From an uncultured delta proteobacterium (GTDB lineage Bacteria > Desulfobacterota > Binatia > UBA9968), in contig CAVSHR010000005.1 of assembly GCA_963727625.1 (NCBI GenBank), positions 224,001 through 288,000 on the forward strand: DNA of 64,000 nucleotides, in the 5' to 3' direction. The notes under the pieces were generated by a model. It did not search any database and was not told the DNA's origin. It worked only from the letters and a program-made list of their open reading frames with translations. Both the position numbers and the translations under genes were made by a program. Each line of letters starts with the position of its first letter. Within the stretch, counting starts at the first letter, position 1. This document shows positions 18,654-27,796 of this stretch, piece by piece.

Positions 18654-19541
18654 CTATAAGGCGCCGATCGAAGCCAGCGTGCGCTTCACCTCTTCGACGC
18701 CCTCGGGTGAAAGCGGCGCCTGCGGCGGCAGCGGTGCACCGACGGGATAACCCTGCAGCTCCAGCGCGCCCTTGATGCAGGCGGCGAGATTGTACTTGGC
18801 AAAAGCCTGATTCAAACCCCAAAGAGGTCGCTGCAAATCCATCGCCGTCTGCCAACCGCCGCGCCGGCACGTTTCGTAAAGCTCCACGCTCTGCCGCGGC
18901 GCCACACATGCCGGTCCGGCCATCCAACCGACACCGCCGATCAACATCACGCAGGTCGGGATATGCGCCGACGCCGCGAAGACTTTCATCCGCCCGTCCA
19001 CCTGATTGAGGATCGACAACAACCGGCCGGTGTTCGTCGATGCGTCTTTGATGTAACGAATGTTCGGCACATGGCTCAGGCGCTGGATAACCGGCAGACT
19101 CAAGTCCGAGCGTTGGAAGCTTGGATTGGTGTACAACACCACCGGCAAGGAAACGGCATCGGCAATCGCCTTGAAGTACTGAAAAACGCCATCGTCTGAA
19201 ATCGGAAAGTAAGCTTCGAGGATCGCGAGGATCCCTTGGCAACCGAGGCGCTCATAGTCGCGCGCTTGGATGACCGCGTCGGCAATCGTCGTCGAAGCCA
19301 CTCCCGCCACCACCGGCACGCGCCCGCGCGCCGCTTGTACAACGATCTCGACAATGCCGCGCCGCTGTTGCAAAGATAGATACGGAAATTCTCCCGTAGA
19401 ACCAAGCGGCGTGAGCCCATGCACGCCTGCTTTGATCAGATCATCGCACAACCGCGCCAGCACATCGGATTTTACTTTACCGGTAGCGTCGATGGGAGAA
19501 ACCAGATACGGAAATACTCCGTGAAATTCTGCGGCACTCAT
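18654..19541 (-). CDS. dihydrodipicolinate synthase / N-acetylneuraminate lyase family protein
   Basis: GSTGE, LYTNP and a Schiff-base Lys in YIKDAS. Confidence 0.9.
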   Translation of the reverse strand: MSAAEFHGVFPYLVSPIDATGKVKSDVLARLCDDLIKAGVHGLTPLGSTGEFPYLSLQQRRGIVEIVVQAARGRVPVVAGVASTTIADAVIQARDYERLGCQGILAILEAYFPISDDGVFQYFKAIADAVSLPVVLYTNPSFQRSDLSLPVIQRLSHVPNIRYIKDASTNTGRLLSILNQVDGRMKVFAASAHIPTCVMLIGGVGWMAGPACVAPRQSVELYETCRRGGWQTAMDLQRPLWGLNQAFAKYNLAACIKGALELQGYPVGAPLPPQAPLSPEGVEEVKRTLASIGAL

Positions 19542-19778
19542 AGCCACATAATCTATCATGGTATTTCGATGCGACAAAAGAGTACTTTAAGGCAGGTCTC
19601 CTATTGGCTTGAAAACGACACTTTTCACGCAGTCGCAGATGATTTGGAGTCCGTGACCACGCGTCGGCCCCGGGTGGTGACATCGAGGGCTTTTTTGAGT
19701 AGAGTCCGGAGAGGCACAGGGCACCCGCACAAAACTCCGTCGCAGACCGGTGCCGCTCGATTACTGGAGGTCATTGTA

Positions 19779-21056
19779 TTGGAAACTGCCGCGCGTGAAT
19801 TTCAGATCATGGTCAAGACCATCGGGGCGATCTGCAACCTCGACTGCCACTACTGCTATTATCTCGACAAAGAGAATCTCTACCCCAAGGGCACGAATTT
19901 TCGTCTAGACGACAAGACCCTAGAACGCTATATCGAGCAGCATATTAAGGCCACGCCCGGCGAGATCGTCAGCTTTTCCTGGCACGGCGGCGAGCCGACG
20001 CTGCTCGGCGTCGAGTTTTTCCGCAAGGCCGTGGCACTGCAAAAAAAACATCTGCCCGACAACAAAAAAATCATCAACGGCATTCAGACCAACGGCACGA
20101 CCATCGACGACGAATGGTGCGAGTTCCTCGCCAAGGAGAGTTTTTACATCGGCTTGAGCCTCGATGGGCCGCGGGAGCTGCACGATCATTATCGCGTGAC
20201 CAAAGGTCAGAAGCCGACGCACAAGCAGGTAGTGCAGGCTTTCCACATGTTGCGCAAAGCCAAGGTCCACGTCGACCTGCTGACCGTCGTGCATGACGTT
20301 AATGTTCAACACCCCACGCAAGTGTACCGATACTTGAAAGAGATCGGCGGGCAGTATTTGCAATTTTTACCGCTGGTCGAAAAGACCGGCGATCCGAACA
20401 ACCCCGTGCACAAACGTTCGGTGCCGGCGGCGGCGTATGGAAAATTTTTGAATACCATCTTCGACGAATGGGTGCGGCGCGATATCGGCAAGATCTTCAT
20501 CCAGCTCTTCGACGAATCGGTTCGGCCGTTTCTCGGCATGGAACACGCGCTGTGCATCTACCGCGAAACCTGCGGCGACGTGCCGGTGGTCGAGCACAAC
20601 GGCGACTTTTATTCCTGCGACCACTACGTCCAGCCGGAATTTAAGATCGGCAATATCCACGAACGGCCGTTAGCGGAAATGGTCGACGACCCCAAACAGC
20701 GCGAGTTCGGCCAGGCCAAATGGACCAGCCTGCCGAAGTATTGCCGCGAGTGCGAAGTCTTGAGCATGTGCAACGGCGGCTGCCCCAAAGACCGCATCAT
20801 CAAGACGCCGGACGGCGAGGACGGCTTGAATTACCTCTGCGCCGGACTCAAGGGTTTTTTCACCCACAGCAAACCTTACTTTCAAAAATTTTCCGAATTG
20901 GTCGAGGCCGGCGAGCCGGCGGAGAAATTGATGGAAATCGTCCGCGCCGCCGAGGCCAAAGCTTCGGTCCGCCAGGCCGGCCGCAACGACCCTTGCCCCT
21001 GCGGTAGCGGCAAGAAATTCAAGCGCTGCTGCGGTAGCACCCGGCCGGCTCTGTAA
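19779..21056 (+). CDS. anaerobic sulfatase maturase-type radical SAM/SPASM protein with C-terminal SEC-C motif
   Basis: CNLDCHYC, WHGGEP, SPASM cysteines (YSCDHY, CRECEVLSMCNGGCPK) and GRNDPCPCGSGKKFKRCC. RBS GGAGG before TTG 19779. Confidence 0.92.
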   Translation: METAAREFQIMVKTIGAICNLDCHYCYYLDKENLYPKGTNFRLDDKTLERYIEQHIKATPGEIVSFSWHGGEPTLLGVEFFRKAVALQKKHLPDNKKIINGIQTNGTTIDDEWCEFLAKESFYIGLSLDGPRELHDHYRVTKGQKPTHKQVVQAFHMLRKAKVHVDLLTVVHDVNVQHPTQVYRYLKEIGGQYLQFLPLVEKTGDPNNPVHKRSVPAAAYGKFLNTIFDEWVRRDIGKIFIQLFDESVRPFLGMEHALCIYRETCGDVPVVEHNGDFYSCDHYVQPEFKIGNIHERPLAEMVDDPKQREFGQAKWTSLPKYCRECEVLSMCNGGCPKDRIIKTPDGEDGLNYLCAGLKGFFTHSKPYFQKFSELVEAGEPAEKLMEIVRAAEAKASVRQAGRNDPCPCGSGKKFKRCCGSTRPAL

Positions 21057-21150
21057 CATAGACCTGTTCGTTTCGTGTTACTCGCATGGCGCGTGTGCAA
21101 AGCCTTAAGGTCTGGCGGCCCTTTCCTGCAACCTTAAGCAGTCAACGATA

Positions 21151-21277
21151 GGATTGACTCGCGCCAAGGCGCAAAGCACGCTAAGTTCGGAAAGGGATCA
21201 TGGCTACCTTACAGACGATCCTCGCTATTCCTCTCCGACCTTTGCGGCCGTGGCGTCTTTGCGCGAGGTATTCCGAT
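21151..21277 (+). repeat. dispersed ~125-bp intergenic repeat (REP/MITE-like), copy 1
   Basis: CGCCAAGGCGCAAAGCACGCTAAGTTCGGAA ... CTCCGACCTTTGCGGCCGTGGCGTCTTTGCGCGAGGTATTCCGA. A reverse-complement copy lies at about 53744-53872. Confidence 0.8.
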
Positions 21278-21336
21278 ATGTCATCGCGCCGATGGTGCAG
21301 CGGATCTTTCGTGGTAATTAATTCCGAGGTGACAGC

Positions 21337-22227
21337 ATGACCCTCTACGACGACATGATGGAAGGCGTGATCGATATTCACTGCCACATCGACTTTGAAT
21401 TCTCCGCCAAGGAGCGCAAACGCGAGCCGGAATTTCTCTGGCTGCCGAAAGCCGAGGCCATGGGCATGCGCGGCGTCGTGCTCAAGTCTCACTGGTGGCC
21501 GACCATCAACGTCGTGCCCTACATTCTTTCAACCGTGGAAACCAAAGTCGCGCTCTGGTCGAGCGTCGCGCTCAACAGCACCGCCGGCGGGCCGAATGCC
21601 TGCATCGTCGAGGCCTGCGCCGAGCTCGGCGGCAGGATGGTCTTTCTGCCGACCTGGAGCGCGCGCAACGACGTCGAGCGCAAGGGCTTCAGCAACCGCC
21701 TGAAATCCTACTATCGGAGTCATGCGAAACTCGAGAATCCCAATTATTATTTTCTCGACGACAAGGGCAAGCTCATTCGGCGCGGCTATGAGATCATCGA
21801 AGCCTGCAAGGCCCGCGATCTCACCCTCGGCATGGGCCATGTATCGTGGCAGGAATCGATGGCGTTCATTGAGGCGGCGCGCGATATGGGCTACAGCCAT
21901 AGAATCGTCGTCAACCACGTGCAGAGCCACATCATCGCCATGCCGGTCGACGCCATGAAACGCGCCGCGGAGATGGGCGCATTTCTCGAAGCCTGCTGGA
22001 ACGCGCTGGCGCCGGGCCGGATGGATTCCCCTGAACTGGTCAAGCAATTTCGCGAAACGGGTCTAAGACAGGTGATCGCCAGCACCGACTACTTCCGCCC
22101 CTACAGCCCCAACCCTGCCGAACTTTTCCGTATGTATCTCGGCATGCTGCACGAAGGCGGACTGAGCGAGGGCGAAGTCAATCAAGTCGCATCGATCAAT
22201 CCGGCGCGGCTGATGGGGCTGGCGTAG
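21337..22227 (+). CDS. metal-dependent hydrolase, amidohydrolase/PHP-like fold (DUF6282-like)
   Basis: IDIHCH, VVLKSH, GH, VNH, STD and NPARL motifs. Confidence 0.75.
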   Translation: MTLYDDMMEGVIDIHCHIDFEFSAKERKREPEFLWLPKAEAMGMRGVVLKSHWWPTINVVPYILSTVETKVALWSSVALNSTAGGPNACIVEACAELGGRMVFLPTWSARNDVERKGFSNRLKSYYRSHAKLENPNYYFLDDKGKLIRRGYEIIEACKARDLTLGMGHVSWQESMAFIEAARDMGYSHRIVVNHVQSHIIAMPVDAMKRAAEMGAFLEACWNALAPGRMDSPELVKQFRETGLRQVIASTDYFRPYSPNPAELFRMYLGMLHEGGLSEGEVNQVASINPARLMGLA

Positions 22228-22233
22228 ACTGAA

Positions 22234-22432
22234 CCGGGATTCCGCAGTTGGTTGTGAATCATTTCGGTCGGAGAAAAAAGTGATTATAGGTTTGGTCTTT
22301 GAGAGCCCTGGCAAGTTTCAGAAATCACCCGCTTCAACTGCGCCGCAGTTAGAATCGCTACGGATAAGTATTTAAAACGTAAGCACAATTCTTATTCGTA
22401 TATCTCTTGGGATTCTGACTGCGGAATCCGGG
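22234..22432. mobile_element. 199-bp MITE with 15-bp terminal inverted repeats and a 5-bp target duplication
   Basis: CTGAA|CCGGGATTCCGCAGT ... ACTGCGGAATCCGGG|CTGAA. TIRs match at 14/15 and the interior is AT-rich and non-coding. Confidence 0.75.
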
Positions 22433-22880
22433 CTGAATGACATCCGTCCACCAGCGTGAGTAGGATCAATCTGACGCGCAGACTTGCGAAAATTTTGCGA
22501 AGCATGGCGGTCACTGGGTTGTGTCGATGCGGCGTAGCCGGTTAACGCCGCAGCTCGTCACGATTATCTGCGCCCTTATCCACAGCGCCGTGCGCCAAAC
22601 ATTCCCGCGCCAGCAGCATCTTGCCCAGCCGGCGCCCTGCACAGCAGGGACACTTTTCACCATAAGGGTAGGTCGCTGTGCAGACGGTTTCTGTCTAATA
22701 GCTGAAATAGTTTTCAGCGAACTGCTCAAGACCTCCCGCCCTCGGCCAGCCGTGTACGGAGGCCTTCTAGTTCTGCCGCGCGGTTCTGCTCCTGAAGGCT
22801 TGTCCCTCATCACGCAGCCCATCGGAACCCTCTCTCTACCGGCCCCGGCGCCGACGCTGCGCCGCACGGGCTTTGTTTTG

Positions 22881-24412
22881 CGTTGGTCTTTTTCATATTG
22901 ACTGTTCCTTCTGATCTAAGGTTTCCGATGGTTGTAAAAGCGCCGCGGCACTGGTCATCTCGACCCGGTTGCGTCCCGCCTTCTTGGCTTCGTACAGCGC
23001 TGCGTCGGCCGCGTGCACCAGGGATTCCATATCGCTACCGTCCTCGGGAAATAACGCCACGCCGAGCGACAGCGTCACCGGCCCGAGCACCTTGCCGTCT
23101 GACTTCACTTCGAGTGCCGCGGCTCCTGCGCGAATGGCCTCGGCGCGCTGCCGCGCGTTGTGGTGATCCATCTGCGGCAGCACCAGGCAGAACTCCTCGC
23201 CGCCGTAGCGACAGGCGATATCGTCGGCGCGAACCGAGCGGACAAAAACGACCCCAGCGCCTGCAACACGGCATCGCCCGCATCGTGCCCAAAACTATCG
23301 TTGAAGCGCTTGAAATGGTCCACGTCGATCATGACGATCGCCATCGGCGCACCGGAGCGCTGCGCCCGGGCGAACTCGCGCACCAGCGTCTCGGTCAGGT
23401 AGCGCCGGTTAAACAGACCGGTGAGGGGGTCGCGGATCGCCTGCTCCTTTAGGGTCTGGCGGAGCCGGATGTTTGCGAGCGTGATCGCGAGCCCGTCGCC
23501 GGCCAGGGTGACGAGTTGAAGTCTCGATTGGAGCGTCGAGGCGTCGGGACCGCGCAGATGCAGTACGCCGAGCACTTCGCCGTAGGCCATCAGGGGCACA
23601 CATAACGTGGCGCCCACTTTAAACGATCCGGCGTGCTCGCAGGGCGGGGTGGAGGTCCCGTTGCCGAGGTAATAATTGCCGCGCCTGAGTCCCCAGCAGT
23701 GCTCGGGACTGAACGGCATCACTGCATCGGGCCACTCGCCCCACGTGGCAGCCGGCGTGAGTTGGTTGCGCGAGGCGGCATAAATATGCAATGCGCCGGT
23801 CGATGATTCGAACAGCTCGGGCGCGGCACGGCCGAATATGTCGAAGGCCTCATCGGAACTCGCGCAGGCAAGAAGCAGGTCATTCATCTTGGCAAGCGCC
23901 GCGCGTTCCACAGTTAACCGCTGCGATTCCTCCGTCTGACGTTGCAACGCGTCGTTGGCGGCTGCGGCGGCGAAGATCCGCTGGTCCAGCTCGGTGGCGA
24001 ACTGCAACAGCTCCGCGTCGGCGCGCTTGCGCTCGGTGATGTCGCGCATGATCGTGGACAAGGTCTCGATCTTCCCGTCGGGGGCTTTGTGACACAGGAT
24101 GACTTGGGAGACGGGTATTTCTGGGCCGCGACGGCTTAACAAGACTGTCTCGCCGCTCCAGCTGCCCTGGCGGACAGCAGCGGGAATTCCTTCGCTCAAT
24201 ATTGGATGACTGGCGGGGTCGGGAAGGAAATCGGCGATGACAGTTTTGGTGATATCTTCATCAATACCCACGCCGAGCAGAGATCGGCCGGCGCCGTTCA
24301 TATAGAGGATGCGTCCGTCCGGATCGCTGGTGGCGACTAAGTCGGTGGTGGATTCGAGAATGGCAACCATTTGGTCGCGGGCCACTTCCGCGCGCTTGCG
24401 CTCGGTGATGTC
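22881..24412. repeat. 1.53-kb direct repeat, copy 1 (PAS-GAF-GGDEF coding block)
   Basis: Nearly identical to 26264-27796. Confidence 0.95.
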
Positions 24413-25366
24413 GGTAGCCACACCGACCAGATACGTACCCTTTGCCGTGTCTGCTCTCGTCGCATTCAAACTAAAGTCGCGTATCCCGGACTTGGTGACG
24501 AGGCGCGCCTCGGTGATCGCCGCGCCTTGTTCGAAAACTTGCTCGATTGTTTGGCCAACCGCCAGTCGGTCCGCCTCGTAAATTGTGTTTAGCGCGTTGG
24601 TTGCCGCCATTTGTGTATCGGAGAGGCCGAGTACATCCCTCATCTTGTCGTTCCAGCGGATAAACCCCCCGGTGGACTCGAACACGCAGAACGGGTCCGG
24701 CAGGCTTGCGATCAAAGTGTTGGTGAAAATCCTTTCGTCGATCAATGCCTGTTCGGCTTGTTTGCGTTCAGTGATTTTCACCTGCAAGGTCTCGTTAGAT
24801 ATTTCGAGGTCGTGCGCGTGGCTCTCAGCTTTGTTGCGCGCGCCATGCAACTCGGCGAGCGTATGCCGCAGGGCACGCAGCGGGAGGACCCGCAGCGCAA
24901 CAAGGATCGCCGCCGCGAGGAATAGGCCGAGCACCGCGGCGAGGGCCGTTTCCTCCAGTACTGGACGTAGCGAGTGCTCAACGCGGATCACCGCGACCTG
25001 CACTCCAGCGTCAAACAGCGGCGCCTCAACGCTGAGCGTAGGTGACGCCGGCGACGGACCGGTCCGCGCGATAACGCCGCCATCCTGCTCGATGAGAATG
25101 GCCGCGACCCGGCCGCTACTAAAATCGGCCAATTCGCGGCGCAGAAGCTCGCCCAGGTGGGATAGAAACTTCCATCCTCTCGGCTGCTCGAAAACCAACC
25201 GTGACATCCTCAGTGACAGGAGGTTGGCCTGGCCGTCGCTCGCGGTTTGGAGATTACGATACACGGCCAGAAAGTAGCCGAGCGGCAGAGTGAGCGCCAC
25301 GAGAATGGCGATCGTTACAGCGACGCTGGTGATGATCCGTGCTGGGTCTTTGGACGTTGACAGCAT
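22893..25366 (-). pseudogene. membrane-bound PAS-PAS-GAF-GGDEF diguanylate cyclase, frameshifted within the GGDEF domain
   Basis: One base is missing at about 23243 relative to the paralog (GGACAAAAACG vs GGACGAAAAACG), putting RYGGEEF out of frame. Confidence 0.85.
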
Positions 25367-25376
25367 TTTGCCTCGT

Positions 25377-26183
25377 TTAGCGCGCCGGGATTGGCACCTG
25401 ACCGGTGCGCTCGAGGATCGCTCGACCCGCTGGAGACTGGATGAACGCCGCGAACCCACGTGTGCTCGCGCCTGCGCGCGGACCAATAACAACGTAGAAA
25501 CGTTTGTTCAATTGGTAGCGACCATCAGCCAGCGTCTTGGCGCTGGGCGACACACCGTCGAGCTTGAGGATCTTGGCATTACGCCTCTCAGACAGCAGCA
25601 ACGCGAGGCTCGTGGCGCCGAGCGAACCCTCGGTGCGTTCGATTAGGTTCGCGGCCTCCGTGTCGGTATCTGCGATCAACATGCCCTGGCGCTTGCCGGC
25701 AGCCGCCACCGCGTCGCGCAAGCCTGGTGAGATATCGGATAAGATTTGTGTGTCAGTGTCGCCTGATGGGCGTAGTACGAGCCGGACCCTCGTGCGATCG
25801 GGCCAGTGTGGGCGCCTCGCGGCGTAGAATTCGGCGAGTTCCGCCACGGTCACGCCGTCGATCGGGTTCCCCGGCCAGCTGGCGAATATGAACGGCGTGC
25901 GGGCATATTCGATCGCCGTAAGAGCATGATCCTTTTCCTCCGCGCTGAGCGGCCGCGAGATCACCGCGACCTCGATGGCTCCGGCGAGCAGGGCCTTGAT
26001 GGCACCGCTGCTTCCCAGCGCGTGCAGCACGCTCATCCGCGTCTGCGTGTTGGTGGCATGGAATGCGTCGGCCTGCAAGCGCATGGTGCCGAGCGCAGAC
26101 CCAGTGCCGCCGATGCGGACATCCTCGGCGCTAGCGAGGGCCGCGCAAAATACGAATGCCGCGGTAAGAATAATTTTCAACAT
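25377..26183 (-). CDS. PstS-like periplasmic substrate-binding protein
   Basis: Signal peptide, IGGTGS, LGSSGAIKAL, ISRPL and LVLRP. RBS GGAG before ATG 26183. Confidence 0.85.
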   Translation of the reverse strand: MLKIILTAAFVFCAALASAEDVRIGGTGSALGTMRLQADAFHATNTQTRMSVLHALGSSGAIKALLAGAIEVAVISRPLSAEEKDHALTAIEYARTPFIFASWPGNPIDGVTVAELAEFYAARRPHWPDRTRVRLVLRPSGDTDTQILSDISPGLRDAVAAAGKRQGMLIADTDTEAANLIERTEGSLGATSLALLLSERRNAKILKLDGVSPSAKTLADGRYQLNKRFYVVIGPRAGASTRGFAAFIQSPAGRAILERTGQVPIPAR

Positions 26184-26263
26184 GGCTGGCTCCCGCCGCT
26201 GGTGAGTTGATCCAGGACTTGAAAACTGATCGGCGCTTTCGCTAGCGCAATGGTTTTGCTGTT

Positions 26264-27796
26264 CGTTGGTCTTTTTCATATTGACTGTTCCTTCTGATCT
26301 AAGGTTTCCGATGGTTGTAAAAGCGCCGCGGCACTGGTCATCTCGACCCGGTTGCGTCCCGCCTTCTTGGCTTCGTACAGCGCTGCGTCGGCCGCGTGCA
26401 CCAGGGATTCCATATCGCTACCGTCCTCGGGAAATAACGCCACGCCGAGCGACAGCGTCACCGGCCCGAGCACCTTGCCGTCTGACTTCACTTCGAGTGC
26501 CGCGGCTCCTGCGCGAATGGCCTCGGCGCGCTGCCGCGCATTGTGGTGATCCATCTGCGGCAGCACCAAGCAGAACTCCTCGCCGCCGTAGCGACAGGCG
26601 ATATCGTCGGCGCGAACCGAGCGGACGAAAAACGACCCCAGCGCCTGCAACACGGCATCGCCCGCATCGTGCCCAAAACTATCGTTGAAGCGCTTGAAAT
26701 GGTCCACGTCGATCATGACGATCGCCATCGGCGCACCGGAGCGCTGCGCCCGGGCGAACTCGCGCACCAGCGTCTCGGTCAGGTAGCGCCGGTTGAACAG
26801 ACCGGTGAGGGGGTCGCGGATCGCCTGCTCCTTTAGGGTCTGGCGGAGCCGGATGTTTGCGAGCGTGATCGCGAGCCCGTCGCCGGCCAGGGTGACGAGT
26901 TGAAGTCTCGATTGGAGCGTCGAGGCGTCGGGACCGCGCAGATGCAGTACGCCGAGCACTTCGCCGTAGGCCATCAGGGGCACACATAACGTGGCGCCCA
27001 CTTTAAACGATCCGGCGTGCTCGCAGGGCGGGGTGGAGGTCCCGTTGCCGAGGTAATAATTGCCGCGCCTGAGTCCCCAGCAGTGCTCGGGACTGAACGG
27101 CATCACTGCATCGGGCCACTCGCCCCACGTGGCAGCCGGCGTGAGTTGGTTGCGCGAGGCGGCATAAATATGCAATGCGCCGGTCGATGATTCGAACAGC
27201 TCGGGCGCGGCACGGCCGAATATGTCGAAGGCCTCATCGGAACTCGCGCAGGCAAGAAGCAGGTCATTCATCTTGGCAAGCGCCGCGCGTTCCACAGTTA
27301 ACCGCTGCGATTCCTCCGTCTGACGTTGCAACGCGTCGTTGGCGGCTGCGGCGGCGAAGATCCGCTGGTCCAGCTCGGTGGCGAACTGCAACAGCTCCGC
27401 GTCGGCGTGCTTGCGCTCGGTGATGTCGCGCATGATCGTGGACAAGGTCTCGATCTTCCCGTCGGGGGCTTTGTGACACAGGATGACTTGGGAGACGGGT
27501 ATTTCTGGGCCGCGACGGCTTAACAAGACTGTCTCGCCGCTCCAGCTGCCCTGGCGGACAGCAGCGGGAATTCCTTCGCTCAATATTGGATGACTGGCGG
27601 GGTCGGGAAGGAAATCGGCGATGACAGTTTTGGTGATATCTTCATCAATGCCCACGCCGAGCAGAGATCGGCCGGCGCCGTTCATATAGAGGATGCGTCC
27701 GTCCGGATCGCTGGTGGCGACTAAGTCGGTGGTGGATTCGAGAATGGCAACCATTTGGTCGCGGGCCACTTCCGCGCGCTTGCGCTCGGTGATGTC
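26264..27796. repeat. 1.53-kb direct repeat, copy 2
   Basis: Nearly identical to 22881-24412. Confidence 0.95.

Noticed and set aside
19419-19778. 120-aa N-terminal extension of the radical SAM ORF shown in the ORF track
   Set aside because: It overlaps the divergent dapA-like gene, and a strong RBS supports TTG 19779 as the start.
22500-22880. ORFs and a Cys-containing minus-strand fragment between the MITE and the duplicated block
   Set aside because: The fragment is interrupted by stops and I cannot assign a family. It may be decayed coding DNA.
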